Part shown: positions 47,198 to 57,173 of the stretch, one piece after another
Layout of the letters: the number at the start of each line of letters is the position of its first letter
Position numbering within the stretch: the first letter of the stretch is position 1
DNA from: Chloroflexota bacterium
GTDB taxonomy: Bacteria > Chloroflexota > Anaerolineae > Anaerolineales > VGOW01
Assembly (NCBI GenBank): GCA_016213135.1
Contig: JACRBQ010000098.1
Span: 6,221-70,220 of the forward strand
Length of the DNA stretch: 64,000 nt
Direction: 5' to 3'
The notes under the pieces: model-generated
Seen by the model: only the letters and a program-made list of their open reading frames with translations
Database searches by the model: none
What the model was told of the DNA's origin: nothing
Position numbers and translations under genes: made by a program

Positions 47198-48247
47198 CTA
47201 CTCGTTCTCGCCAAAAATATCCACCGTGTCCTGAAACAACTCGGCCACGTAGCCCAGCCCTGCCGCCTCACGTGCCAGCCGCATCGTCTCTTTGGCTTCG
47301 GCCTGCATCCGGCGGATACCGTTGGCGATCACATCCTGCAGGAGCAATGGCCGTGTCATGTATCGAGCGCGGCGCTCGCGGAACGGATCAAGGAAATCGT
47401 TGAGGGCGGCGGCGAGTCTGGCTTTCACTTCTACGTCGCCCACCTTGCCTGCGCGATAACGCTCTTTCAACTCGGCCACTTCGGCCTTGTTCGCGTTGAA
47501 AGCATCGTGATAGATGAAGACCGGGTTTCCCTCGACAGCGCCGGGGTCGGTGGCGCGCAGGCGGTTGGGGTCGGTGTACATGCCCTTCACCTTAGTTCCC
47601 ACCGTTTCCGCGTCGTCCGAGAGAAAGATAGCGTTGTTCAGCGACTTGCTCATTTTGGCGCTTCCGTCCGTGCCCACGAGTGTTGGCACTTCGCCCACCA
47701 ACACGTCAGGCTCAGGGAAGACGGGCGCATACAACAGGTTGAAACGGCGGGCGACCTCGCGGGCCAGTTCGACATGCGCCTGGTTATCTTTGCCCACCGG
47801 AACGATGTTGGCGCGTGGAAGCAGAATATCCACCGCTTGCAGAACGGGGTAGCCCAGCAGGCCGAACGGCATCGTATCCAGGTTGGCATCGCGGGCCATG
47901 TCTTTCAGCGAAGGCAATCGTTCCAGGCGCGGCACGGTGACCAGCATCTCGAACAGCAGGTTGAGTTCGTAAGTTTCTGGGATGGCCGACTGGACGAAAA
48001 TGGTGGAAAGCTCCGGGTCAATGCCGACGGCTAAATAGTCCAGCACGATCTCACGAATGTAGCCGGGGATTTCGCGGATGAAGTCGCGCTCCGGTTTCGT
48101 CGTCAGTGTGTGCAGGTCGGCGATGATGAAGAAGGCTTCGTACTCGTGTTGAAGTTTGATTCGGTTGGCGAGACTGCCCACGTAATGGCCGAGATGCAGT
48201 CGGCCGGTGGGGCGGTCGCCGGTAAGCAAACGGGGTTTAGTGGTCAT
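47198..48247 (-). CDS. trpS: tryptophanyl-tRNA synthetase
   Basis: [16 protein letters not shown] (HIGH-type motif), KMSKS at ...SAKMSKSL... About 349 aa. Confidence 0.93.
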   Translation of the reverse strand: MTTKPRLLTGDRPTGRLHLGHYVGSLANRIKLQHEYEAFFIIADLHTLTTKPERDFIREIPGYIREIVLDYLAVGIDPELSTIFVQSAIPETYELNLLFEMLVTVPRLERLPSLKDMARDANLDTMPFGLLGYPVLQAVDILLPRANIVPVGKDNQAHVELAREVARRFNLLYAPVFPEPDVLVGEVPTLVGTDGSAKMSKSLNNAIFLSDDAETVGTKVKGMYTDPNRLRATDPGAVEGNPVFIYHDAFNANKAEVAELKERYRAGKVGDVEVKARLAAALNDFLDPFRERRARYMTRPLLLQDVIANGIRRMQAEAKETMRLAREAAGLGYVAELFQDTVDIFGENE

Positions 48248-48260
48248 GTTGATCCTCGAG

Positions 48261-48322
48261 AAATTGCTGATTGCTGATTTGTGATTGCTGATTGACAATC
48301 GGCAATCAACAATCACAAATTT
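48261..48322. repeat. junction palindrome, ATTGCTG/CAATC units
   Basis: AAATTGCTGATTGCTGATTTGTGATTGCTGATTG-A-CAATCGGCAATCAACAATCACAAATTT. Overlaps the trpE stop codon. Confidence 0.82.
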
Positions 48323-49794
48323 CCTTCCGCTATTTCAACAGCCTTGATCAAAGCTCGCGCTTTGTTCATCGTCTCTTCGTATTCCTTCGCCGGATCAGAG
48401 TCGGCGACGATGCCTGCCCCGGCCTGCACGCTCACCGTTTGGCCGCGCATGTGCAGGGTGCGAATAGTGATGCAGGTGTCCATCGAGCCGTCGAAGCCTA
48501 CGTAGCCCACCAGCCCGGCGTACGAGCCGCGCGGTTCGCCTTCCAGTTCGGCGATGATTTCCATGGCTCGCACTTTGGGCGCGCCGCTCACGGTTCCCGC
48601 CGGGAAGGTGGCCCGGATGAGATCGTAAGCGTCCCGCCCCGATCCCAGTTCGCCGCTGACGTGCGAGACGATGTGCATCACGTGCGAGTATCGCTCCACC
48701 AACATCAATTCCGAGACCTTCACCGAGCCGTAGTTGCACACGCGCCCGATGTCGTTGCGGCCCAGGTCCACCAGCATCACGTGCTCGGCGCGCTCTTTGG
48801 GGTCGGCCAGCAGTTCGGTTTCGTTGGCGGCGTCGGACTGCAGGGTGGCGCCGCGCGGGCGGGTTCCGGCAATGGGGCGCACCACGGCGGTGCGGCCTTC
48901 GAGGCGGGTGAGGATTTCCGGCGATGCGCCGATGAGGTGCAGCGGCTCCCCGGCCAGCGATCCGAAGTCGAAGAAGAACATGTATGGCGACGGGTTGAGC
49001 CGTCGCAAGCTGCGATAGATGTCGAAGGGGCCGGCCGTGGTTTGGCGCGAGAGGCGTTGCGAGAGCACCACTTGAAAAATGTCGCCGGCGGCGATGTGCT
49101 CTTTGGCGCGGCGCACCTTCTCTTCAAACGCCTCGCGGGTGATGTTGGATTGCACGGCGTTGGCGGCAGCCATGCCATGGGGTGCGGGGGCAGGGGAGGG
49201 GGCGGCGGTTTGCAACCGCTCGGCCAGCGCGGTCAACCGGGTCTCGGCGGCGGCCCGCTCCGTGGCGGGGACGGTGGTCATCAGCAGCGTGCGGCCACGG
49301 GTGTGGTCGAAGGCCACGATGGTATCGGCCAGCAAAAAGATTCCGTCGGGCAGTTCGCCGTGGGGCAGGTTGAGGCGCGGCTCGAAGAACTGCACGGTTT
49401 CGTAACCGAGATAGCCCACCATGCCGCCGATGAAGCGCGGCAGGCCGGGCGTGTGCTCCACGGCGTAGCCCGACAGTTCGGCGCGAATGGCCTCCAGCGG
49501 ATCGGCGTCGGGGGCCAGCGCGGCCGTGGTCACCTGCCCGTCTGCGTGGCGCTCGATGATGCGCCCGCGCAGCACCAGCGCCACTTTTGGCTCCACGCCG
49601 ATGAACGAGTAGCGGCCCACCTGCTCGCCGCCGGTGACGCTTTCTAGCAGGAAGCTGGGCGACCCCCCGCCGGACAATTTGAGGTACACCGATACCGGGG
49701 TGTCGAGGTCGCTGGCGATCTCGCGCGTGACGGTGAGGTGAGAGTCGGAGCTGAGAGTTGGAGTGAGAGTGAGAGTATCACTATTGAGCAGCAT
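48313..49794 (-). CDS. trpE: anthranilate synthase component I
   Basis: LESV.GG ([16 protein letters not shown]), ...[15 protein letters not shown]... Start at Met49 of the ORF, with a GGGAGA RBS. Confidence 0.93.
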   Translation of the reverse strand: MLLNSDTLTLTPTLSSDSHLTVTREIASDLDTPVSVYLKLSGGGSPSFLLESVTGGEQVGRYSFIGVEPKVALVLRGRIIERHADGQVTTAALAPDADPLEAIRAELSGYAVEHTPGLPRFIGGMVGYLGYETVQFFEPRLNLPHGELPDGIFLLADTIVAFDHTRGRTLLMTTVPATERAAAETRLTALAERLQTAAPSPAPAPHGMAAANAVQSNITREAFEEKVRRAKEHIAAGDIFQVVLSQRLSRQTTAGPFDIYRSLRRLNPSPYMFFFDFGSLAGEPLHLIGASPEILTRLEGRTAVVRPIAGTRPRGATLQSDAANETELLADPKERAEHVMLVDLGRNDIGRVCNYGSVKVSELMLVERYSHVMHIVSHVSGELGSGRDAYDLIRATFPAGTVSGAPKVRAMEIIAELEGEPRGSYAGLVGYVGFDGSMDTCITIRTLHMRGQTVSVQAGAGIVADSDPAKEYEETMNKARALIKAVEIAEGNL

Positions 49795-49887
49795 ACATTC
49801 TCCCTGCTCACCACTGAGCGCACGGAGATCACGGAAGCCGACAAACGGAAGCGCGCTCGGTGATCTTTGTGTTCCCGGTGGTGAATC

Positions 49888-50246
49888 AAAAAAGATCGCT
49901 TTCATCGTTGGGACGAAAGCGATCTTCCGTGGTGCCACCCAATTTAGGCCGGTCGCTCTTCAACAAAAAATCCGCCCCACATGCGACGGATTTGCAAAAG
50001 CCAGCCTCACTCGTTGCGGGTACGGCCTTGCGGCGATACCCTCAGCCCTGATAACGGTGGCGTTTCCGGCGTGGGCTACTTGGCTTGTGGCCGTTCGCTT
50101 GGCAACTCAGAGGTCCATTCGGCGATAGCGTGTGCGTCGGGCTTGCACCGAGTGCGCGGTGCGGCTTGCCGCCCGTACCCTGCTCGACTCTCTGCGCACC
50201 GTTTCAGCGCGTACTCGTCCTCGTCTCAGTCTTTGATTATTCGATT
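49888..50246 (-). promoter_or_regulatory. T-box riboswitch leader, Trp specifier (UGG)
   Basis: On the - strand: AGAGAG (50193-50188); specifier loop GAA-UGG-A (UGG at 50117-50115); F-box CCGUUA (50057-50052); T-box sequence AAAUUGGGUGGCACCACGG (49944-49927); then terminator GAAGAUCGCUUUC...GAAAGCGAUCUU + UUUU (49927-49888). Confidence 0.85.
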
Positions 50247-50252
50247 GGCGAC

Positions 50253-50282
50253 ACTATAGCAAAAAGGCGGGGGCCACGTCAA
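50253..50282 (-). promoter_or_regulatory. sigma-70-like promoter for the T-box/trp operon
   Basis: - strand TTGACG (50282-50277), 18-nt spacer, TATAGT (50258-50253). Confidence 0.5.
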
Positions 50283-50356
50283 GAGGAAGTGCTTGTGCGC
50301 TCCGCACAGACTTGCGGCCATGGGCGCGTCCACTTTGCACAACGACCGCCGCTGAA

Positions 50357-50422
50357 CTTCAAACTCCAAACTCCAAACTCAACATTCAACATTCGTCATT
50401 TTCCATTTTCCATTTACCATCC
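50357..50422. repeat. two-part tandem array: CCAAACT units, then CCATTTT units
   Basis: CTTCAAACTCCAAACTCCAAACTCAACATTCAACATTCGTCATTTTCCATTTTCCATTTACCATCC. Shares both unit types with 39675-39774, one of them inverted. Confidence 0.85.
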
Positions 50423-52415
50423 TCCACACCCTTAGCGCCTCGGCCACGCTCCACGCCTGCGCCATGCAGCCCTCCGGCTTGAACGGCGCGGTCGCGTCAT
50501 AAATCTCCGCCAGGCTGCCCACGCCGAACTGCGTCATCACCTCGGCCAGCGGCTGCAAAAACGCTGCCGCTTGCGCCCGGTCGCCGTACACCTTGAAGTG
50601 CGCCTCCACAAACGGCCCGATGAGCCAGCCCCAGGCTGTGCCCTGATGATAGGCCCCGTCGCGCCGGTAGCGGTCGCCGCCGTACGTCGCCACAAAGCCG
50701 GGATGGTCGGGCGCGAGCGACCGCACCCCGTACGGCGTGAGCAGCGCGCGCCGGCATACGTCCACCACCGCGCGGGCGCGGGCCTCCGTCGCCGCCAACG
50801 GCGCATACGGCAGCGACACGGCCAACAACTGATTGGGCCGCAGCGAAGAGTCGTCGCCGCCCTCCGGCGTGTCGATCACGTCGAACAAATAGCCGCCCTC
50901 CGCAAACCAAAAGCGGTCAAAGCTCGCCGCCGCCCTCGCCGCCCGCGCGCCGTAATCGTGCGCGGCCCGCACTCCCAGCTGCCGCGCCAGCGCCTCCATG
51001 GCCCGCAGCGCATTGATCCACAGCGCGTTAATTTCCACCGGCTTGCCGACGCGCGGCGTCACCACCCAATCGTCCACCTTCGCATCCATCCACGTCAGTT
51101 GCACCCCCGGCACACCGGCGGCAATCAACCCGTCGGCCTCGCAGCGAATGCCATACCGCGTGCCGCGCAAGTGCCAGCCCACAATATCCTCCAGCACCGG
51201 CCACAACTCGCGCCCCAGCGCCTCGTCGCCCGTCGCCGCCACGTATCGATCCACGGCGTGGAAATACCACAGCGTCGCGTCCACCGTGTTGTACTCCGGC
51301 TGCTCGCCGGAATCGGGAAAACGGTTGGGCAGCATCCCCCGGCTCACGTGCCGCGCAAACGTGCGCAGTAAACTGGTCGCTACCTCGGGCCGCCCCGTGC
51401 TCAGCGTCAGCCCGGGCAGCGCAATCATCGTGTCGCGCCCCCAATCGCTGAACCAGTGATACCCGGCAATTACCGTGCGCTCCGGGCCGTCGTTCGCGCG
51501 CCACTCCGTCGCGGCGGGCAGGTTGGCCTCTGTTCTTAAGACGACGAATTGATCAGCCGCGAGAACCAGTTGCTGAACCCAACCCGGCGCATCCAGTGAC
51601 GCCGCTCGCAACAGATCGCCGTGACGCCGCCCCACTGCCTCCCGAGCCGCACGCCAGTGGTGCACCTCCTCCGTCGGACGTTCGGCGCTTACCAATATGG
51701 CAAACGCCTCGCCGGGGGAAAGCGTGGCCGTAATCGCGCCGATCTTCAGTGCATCTTCGAGGTCGGGCTGGCCGCGCTCCGTTTCCACGCGGTGACGTAT
51801 CCCGTTGATCCACGCCGGGGAGGTGTTGAACGCGCCCCCCGGAAACAGAATCCATATCGGGTGCGCGTTGGGGAACAGAGTCACTTTCACTCCGCCGTCA
51901 ACGGCTTCAATAGCCGGATGCCAGTCGCTCGCCCTCGTCTCGCCGTGGAAGTCGCGGTGGTTGAGCAGCGGCGCAATCTCCAGCGCCAGCGGCACGGTGC
52001 CGCTTGTGTATTCGTAAACCGTCCAGGCCGCATTGTGGCCGTGGGGCATGAACACCGCTTTCTGCAGATCGGCCTCGCCCAGGCGAAAGTGCCAGTGCGG
52101 CGCGCCATCGGCCAACTCGAACCGCTGCAAATGCTCCCAGCCGCGCGGGTCAATCGTCCCGTCGGCGAACTCGTTGCTCGTCAGGCCGTAGCGCATCCCG
52201 CCCACAGTGGCCCAATCGTCCAGCTTGTTGACCAGCACCGTGCGCCCCACCGGCGGGTGCAATGCCGCCACCAGCGCCCCGTGGTAACGGCGAGTGTTGG
52301 CCCCGGCCACCGTGCCGCTGGCCCAACCACCGAGGCCATTGGTCACCAGCCACTCGCGGCGCAGCGCCTCGGCATCCGTGCGCCACTCGACGGGAGAAAG
52401 TGAAAAGGTCGGCAT
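50379..52415 (-). CDS. glycogen debranching enzyme (amylo-alpha-1,6-glucosidase, archaeal/bacterial GDE type)
   Basis: N-terminal EWLVTNGLGGWASGTVAGANTRRYHGAL, C-terminal (alpha/alpha)6 GDE_C-like region ...GTAWGWLIGPF... The last residues ...NGKWKMTNVEC are encoded by the repeat. Confidence 0.85.
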   Translation of the reverse strand: MPTFSLSPVEWRTDAEALRREWLVTNGLGGWASGTVAGANTRRYHGALVAALHPPVGRTVLVNKLDDWATVGGMRYGLTSNEFADGTIDPRGWEHLQRFELADGAPHWHFRLGEADLQKAVFMPHGHNAAWTVYEYTSGTVPLALEIAPLLNHRDFHGETRASDWHPAIEAVDGGVKVTLFPNAHPIWILFPGGAFNTSPAWINGIRHRVETERGQPDLEDALKIGAITATLSPGEAFAILVSAERPTEEVHHWRAAREAVGRRHGDLLRAASLDAPGWVQQLVLAADQFVVLRTEANLPAATEWRANDGPERTVIAGYHWFSDWGRDTMIALPGLTLSTGRPEVATSLLRTFARHVSRGMLPNRFPDSGEQPEYNTVDATLWYFHAVDRYVAATGDEALGRELWPVLEDIVGWHLRGTRYGIRCEADGLIAAGVPGVQLTWMDAKVDDWVVTPRVGKPVEINALWINALRAMEALARQLGVRAAHDYGARAARAAASFDRFWFAEGGYLFDVIDTPEGGDDSSLRPNQLLAVSLPYAPLAATEARARAVVDVCRRALLTPYGVRSLAPDHPGFVATYGGDRYRRDGAYHQGTAWGWLIGPFVEAHFKVYGDRAQAAAFLQPLAEVMTQFGVGSLAEIYDATAPFKPEGCMAQAWSVAEALRVWRMVNGKWKMTNVEC

Positions 52416-52416
52416 A

Positions 52417-53373
52417 TCAATACGCCGAGGCGCTGTCCAGCACCCTCATCTCCTCCGCCGTCAGCCTCAGCCCCGAGGCCCCAAGGCTATCTGCCAGTTG
52501 CGCGGGCGTGTTCGCGCCGATGATGACTGCGGCCAGGTTGTCTTTGCTGAGCAGCCAGCCCAGCGCCATTTGGCCGGGTGTGCGGCCCCGCGCCTTGCCC
52601 AGCACTTGCAAGTTGTCCAGCAAATCGAAGTTCTTGTCGTTGAGCAATTGCTGCACACTGCTGCTGCGTTTACTGGCGGGCAGCGGCTCGCCGCGCCGGT
52701 ATTTTCCGGTGAGGAACCCGCGCCCCAGCGGGCTGTAGGGAATGACGGCCATGCCGAACTGCCGCACCGCCTCGTAGCCGTCCATCTCGAATTTCTTCCG
52801 TTCCACCAGCGAGTAGTGCGGCTGGATGGTGAGGTATTCGCTGACCCCGGCGGCCCGTGAGGCCTGCACGGCGGCAGTCAGTTGCGCTTTGTTGTAATTT
52901 GAGCAACCCACGAACCGCGCCTTGCTCTGCTTCACCAAATCGTCGAGTGTGCGCATCGTTTCTTCAATGGGCGTGGCCTCGTCCGGCGAATGGGTCTGGT
53001 AAAGGTCAATCACCTCAGTCTGCAAGCGGCGCAGCGAGTCCTCCACCGCCCGCACTATGTGCGCCCGGCCCAGCCCCTCGCCATCGGGGCCATCCCACAT
53101 GCGCCCGCGCACCTTGGTCGCCAGCACGATCTTGTCGCGGTTCCCCTTGCGCTTCATCCACTCGCCGATGATGGTTTCGGCCTCGCCGCCCTGCAGCCCC
53201 TCGGCCCAACGCGAGTAAATGTCTGCGGTGTCGATGAAGTTGCCCCCGGCCTCGAAGAATGCGTCCAGCACCGCATACGAACTGGCTTCGTCCGTAGTCC
53301 ATTTGAACTGCATCGTGCCGAGGCAGATATCGGAAACCTTGAGGCCGGTCTTGCCGAGTGTGCGATATTCCAT
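52417..53373 (-). CDS. aldo/keto reductase
   Basis: MEYRTLGKTGLKVSDICLGTM..., FIDTADIYS, ...ATKV... Confidence 0.9.
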   Translation of the reverse strand: MEYRTLGKTGLKVSDICLGTMQFKWTTDEASSYAVLDAFFEAGGNFIDTADIYSRWAEGLQGGEAETIIGEWMKRKGNRDKIVLATKVRGRMWDGPDGEGLGRAHIVRAVEDSLRRLQTEVIDLYQTHSPDEATPIEETMRTLDDLVKQSKARFVGCSNYNKAQLTAAVQASRAAGVSEYLTIQPHYSLVERKKFEMDGYEAVRQFGMAVIPYSPLGRGFLTGKYRRGEPLPASKRSSSVQQLLNDKNFDLLDNLQVLGKARGRTPGQMALGWLLSKDNLAAVIIGANTPAQLADSLGASGLRLTAEEMRVLDSASAY

Positions 53374-53441
53374 AGTGGTCTCTCCTCTGAGTCAATCCCC
53401 TTCATCGTTCGTCCGTGGGCCTTATCGGGAATAAAGACTCA

Positions 53442-53509
53442 GCCACGAATTACACTAATGAACACGAATTGCATCAGGCTTCTTCGTGAAAATTCGTGTC
53501 ATTCGTGGC
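53442..53509. repeat. palindrome, CACGAAT/ATTCGTG units
   Basis: GCCACGAATTACACTAATGAACACGAATT ... CGTGAAAATTCGTGTCATTCGTGGC. Flanked by TATCGGGAATAA/TTATTCCCAATA. Confidence 0.8.
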
Positions 53510-53599
53510 AAAGGAAATTTGCGTCCGTTATTCCCAATAGAGTCAATTATAGTCTTGGACTATAATCACGCCATACCTCTACCCCAAAAGGACATTTTC

Positions 53600-54961
53600 A
53601 TGGCCGACTTTTCCGCGATAGACAAGTACATCGACACCCATCTCGAAGACTCAATTGCCGAGTTGGCGCGCCTGTGCGCCCAGCCGAGCGTGTCGGCGCA
53701 GGGGCTGGGCATAACCGAATGCGCCGAGTTGGTGGCCAGTTTGCTCCGGCGCAGGGGGTTCACGGTAGAGGTCATTGCCACCCATGGCAACCCGGTAGTG
53801 TATGCCGAAGCCGAGGGGGCATCCGACAAAACGCTGCTGTTCTATAACCATTACGACGTTCAACCGCCCGAGCCGCTGGAGTTGTGGGATTCCCCGCCGT
53901 GGCAACTGACCCGGCGCGACGGCAAGCTCTACGCCCGTGGCGTGGGCGACGACAAGGGCCACATCGAATGCCGCCTGTCGGCGTTGGATGCCGTGAAAGC
54001 CGTGACCGGCTCTTATCCGTGCCGGATCAAATTCGTCATCGAAGGCGAAGAGGAAACCAGCAGCGTCAACCTCGAGTCGTTTGTGGTCAATCACGCCGAG
54101 AAGCTCAAGGCCGACGCCTGCGTGTGGGAGTTTGGCGGCGTGAGTCACGAGGGCAAGCCGGAGCAGTATCTGGGCTTGCGCGGCATTTGCTACGTCGAAC
54201 TGTCGGTGCAAACGGCCTCACAGGATGCCCACTCCGGCCTGGGGGGTTCCATCTTCGCCAACGCCGCGTGGCGGCTGGTGTGGGCGCTCAACACGCTCAA
54301 AGATCAAAGCGAACACATCCGCATCCCCGGCTTTTATGACGGCATCAAGCCGCCCAGCGCGCGCGACATGGAATTGCTGGCCGCATTGCCGGATGACTCC
54401 GAAGACCACAAACGCCGCTATGGATTGAAGGGATTCTTGAAAGGGCTGACGGGCGGGGTGGAGTTGCGGCGCGAAACTGTGTTCGTCCCCACTTGCACCA
54501 TTTGCGGGTTTACGTCGGGCTATCAGGGGCCGGGTTCAAAAACCGTGCTGCCCGCCCGCGCCAGCGCCAAAGTGGATTTCCGGCTGGTGCCGGGGCAGGA
54601 TCCGCTGGACATTCTGGCGAAACTGCGCCAGCACCTCGAGGCTGAGGGGTTCTCGGATGTGGAAGTGAACTACCTCGGCGGCGAACGCCCTGGCCGCACC
54701 GACCCTGACGATCCGTTTGTCAAACTGACTATCGAGGCCGCGCGCGAGGCCTATGGCTCCGAGGTGGTGATAGTGCCCATGGTCGGCGGCTCCGGCCCCA
54801 ACCATGTTTTCCTCGACACGCTCAAGGTGCCCATTGTGTCTGCCGGGGTGGGCTATCCGGGCGGGCAGGCCCATGCGCCCAACGAGAACATCGTCATCGA
54901 CAACTTCCTGACCGGCACGAAGCACACCGCGCGGATTATCGAGAAGATGAAAGAACTGTGA
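53600..54961 (+). CDS. M20-family peptidase (dipeptidase/deacylase-like)
   Basis: LLFYNHYDVQP, GRGVGDDKG-like ARGVGDDKGH, IEGEEETSS. AAAAGGA RBS. Trimmed to Met39. Confidence 0.85.
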   Translation: MADFSAIDKYIDTHLEDSIAELARLCAQPSVSAQGLGITECAELVASLLRRRGFTVEVIATHGNPVVYAEAEGASDKTLLFYNHYDVQPPEPLELWDSPPWQLTRRDGKLYARGVGDDKGHIECRLSALDAVKAVTGSYPCRIKFVIEGEEETSSVNLESFVVNHAEKLKADACVWEFGGVSHEGKPEQYLGLRGICYVELSVQTASQDAHSGLGGSIFANAAWRLVWALNTLKDQSEHIRIPGFYDGIKPPSARDMELLAALPDDSEDHKRRYGLKGFLKGLTGGVELRRETVFVPTCTICGFTSGYQGPGSKTVLPARASAKVDFRLVPGQDPLDILAKLRQHLEAEGFSDVEVNYLGGERPGRTDPDDPFVKLTIEAAREAYGSEVVIVPMVGGSGPNHVFLDTLKVPIVSAGVGYPGGQAHAPNENIVIDNFLTGTKHTARIIEKMKEL

Positions 54962-54983
54962 CCCGAGGCCGGGGAGTCAGTCA

Positions 54984-55014
54984 GACCCTAAGGGTCTCGA
55001 AGACCCTTAGGGTC
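54984..55014. terminator. perfect 13-bp hairpin between convergent genes
   Basis: GACCCTAAGGGTC-TCGAA-GACCCTTAGGGTC. No clear U-tract. Overlaps the zinc-ribbon gene stop. Confidence 0.5.
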
Positions 55015-55608
55015 TTGATGGTCCCCGAGCTTGGCTCCGCAGTTGGAGCAGAACTTGGCCTCTTTGGCGTTGACGAAGCCGCACGCGGTGCAGGAGTCGG
55101 GCTGGACTGAGCCGAGCGGCGCGCCGCACTGCACACACACCGCCGCGCCCACCGCGTTGGCGGTGTTGCAGTACGGGCAGGCCGTGGTGCGCAGCCGGTC
55201 GGATATCTCGCTGGAGGCGGAGACGCTCCTGGCGAACCGGTCAATCGCGGCCCACACTTTCTCCGGCAGTTGCAGCGCGTCCACGTCGGCGGCCACGTCG
55301 TCAATGCGGCCCAGCAGGTTCAGCGGGTTCAACAGCGCCGAGACGGCCGTTTGGCCCAACGAGGCCGCCACGCCCAGCCACTCCTGCTCGCCCATGCCCA
55401 CCATCACACCGTCGTCGATCTTCTGAATGCTCACGGCCAGCGAGGTGTTGCCGCCGGACGCCCGGCGCGACGGGGTGGCGATTTGCACGATGACCTTGTC
55501 GGGCGTGCCCACTTTCTGGGCGCGCAGATCGCCGCGGCTAAACTCGCCGACGAGGGCCATTGCCAGATCGTCCGGGGTCAGGTCGCCATGGAATACTCGT
55601 TGTTGCAT
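54988..55608 (-). CDS. hypothetical protein with C-terminal double zinc-ribbon
   Basis: CPYC...CVQC...CTAC...CSNC in the last 60 aa. The N-terminal domain is unrecognised. Confidence 0.65.
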   Translation of the reverse strand: MQQRVFHGDLTPDDLAMALVGEFSRGDLRAQKVGTPDKVIVQIATPSRRASGGNTSLAVSIQKIDDGVMVGMGEQEWLGVAASLGQTAVSALLNPLNLLGRIDDVAADVDALQLPEKVWAAIDRFARSVSASSEISDRLRTTACPYCNTANAVGAAVCVQCGAPLGSVQPDSCTACGFVNAKEAKFCSNCGAKLGDHQDPKGLRDP

Positions 55609-55697
55609 GTTTGTCTTTTCTCCGAATTTCTGGCTGCGCGGTTCGCAACCGTTATTGATGCCGGGCTAATCATAAATCAGGTTACGCTGAATGCAAA

Positions 55698-56450
55698 ATG
55701 GCCGGTGATCCTTCCGCAGACTCTGAGCAACTCGAAGCCGAGGCCATTCGCTCGTTGGTGGACTTCCGTGGCGCGAGCGTGTTGGAGGTCGGCGTCGGCG
55801 ACGCCCGCCTCACGCGCCAATATGTGTTGGACGCGGCGCGCATCGTGGGTCTCGATCCCGATGCCGCCGAATTGGCCTGTGTCGATCTGCCCCACCCGTG
55901 GCGGGCCAAAGTGTCCCTGCTGCAGGGCGATGCCCGCAGTTTGCCGTTTCCACCAGAGAGTTTCGATCAGGTCATTCTTGCCTGGTCGCTTTGATGAGTC
56001 TCCCCCGAGGGCATGGTCCATGCCCTGACAGAAACATGGCGCGTGAGCCGCGGCGTTGTGCTGGATGTGCGGCCGCGCCCCGGCGAGCCGCAAGTGCTGG
56101 TGTGCGATGCGCCGGGCCGCGAATGGGCGTGCGGCAGCCTGCCATGGAGCGGCGACTTGCCCGAAGGCCACCCGCAGGCCGAGGCCGCGCTGGCACAGGT
56201 GGTGGCACAGGGCTGGTTTGCCGTGGCTGGCGCGCGCCAGTTCGATTGGGTGGATACTTTCGCGACGGCGGACGAGTTGGCCGAGACCGTTCACGAAGAC
56301 TGGTCGCGCACGCTGGACGAAGACACCGCGCTGAAATTGATGCGAGCGATGGAGCAGGGCGGGCGGGGGGCGGTGTCGTTGATCCGGCAGGCCATTGGGG
56401 TGAAGCTGCTGCGAAAGTTGCCGCGCCCGGCGCAAACCGATTCGCCGTGA
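55698..56450 (+). pseudogene. class I SAM methyltransferase interrupted by tandem in-frame stops (TGA TGA)
   Basis: VLEVGVGDARLT (motif I), IVGLDPD, FDQVILAWSL-TGA(55992)-TGA(55995)-VSPEGMVHALTETWRVSRGVVLDVRP... continues in the same frame to 56450. Confidence 0.6.
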
Positions 56451-56472
56451 TCGGCGGTGTATAATCGCGACC

Positions 56473-57084
56473 ATGCGCCGAACTGCAAAACTCCTCACCC
56501 TCATTGCCAGTCTCGCCGGCTTGCTGGCGTTGGCCGGCCTCAATAGCGGCCTGTTGCTGGCCGCGCAACTGCCCCAACTGCCCACCGAAACCCTGCAGCC
56601 CACGGCCACGTTTGGCGGCCCCACGGTGTTCGTGTCCGAGCAGGTCAACGTGCGCTCCGGCCCCGGCACCAATTACGATCAGGTGGGGGTGATGGTGGCC
56701 GGGCAGACAGCCCCGGCGCTCGGCCGCTCGCAGGCGGGTGAATGGATCCAAATTGAATATCCCGGCGGGCCGGGGAACCGGGCCTGGGTGTTTGCGCTTT
56801 TGGTGGCCCTGCGCGCCGGTACGGTGGACGCATTGCCCGTGGTGGGACCGCCGCCTACGCCCACCCTGCCGCCCACGCCCACGTTTGAGCTGGGCACCGC
56901 CTCTGCCAGCACGGCCACAGCCACGCGGCTGCCCACGTTTACCCCGGCGCCCCCGGTGGCCCAGGCTACTTTTGGCACGCCCGACCTCGGCGGCGGCGGG
57001 TTTCCTCCGGCGTTGCTGATTTTGGGCCTGTTCGTTATCGGCGTATTTGCCGGAGTGGTTGCGATTCTTCGGCAACGAGCCTGA
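56473..57084 (+). CDS. secreted/anchored SH3b-domain protein
   Basis: Signal-like N-terminus. SH3b-like VNVRSGPGTNYDQVGVMVAGQTAPALGRSQAGEWIQIEY. Pro/Thr linker. C-terminal TM LLILGLFVIGVFAGVVAIL. Confidence 0.75.
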   Translation: MRRTAKLLTLIASLAGLLALAGLNSGLLLAAQLPQLPTETLQPTATFGGPTVFVSEQVNVRSGPGTNYDQVGVMVAGQTAPALGRSQAGEWIQIEYPGGPGNRAWVFALLVALRAGTVDALPVVGPPPTPTLPPTPTFELGTASASTATATRLPTFTPAPPVAQATFGTPDLGGGGFPPALLILGLFVIGVFAGVVAILRQRA

Positions 57085-57118
57085 ACGCTCGGCCGGCGGA
57101 TTGCAAGCAGAGAAAACA

Positions 57119-57145
57119 AAAAACGCGCCTCAGGCGCATTTTCTG
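57119..57145. terminator. short bidirectional terminator
   Basis: AAAAAAC-GCGCC-TCA-GGCGC-ATTTTCT between convergent genes. Confidence 0.5.
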
Positions 57146-57173
57146 TTGGAGACGAGCGGCTGCGGGTACAGGG

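Noticed and set aside
55992-55997. TGA TGA as evidence for UGA reassignment or selenocysteine.
   Set aside because: TGA is used as a genuine stop throughout the window, including many ATGA/TGATG stop-start overlaps. Tandem Sec codons without a SECIS context are implausible.
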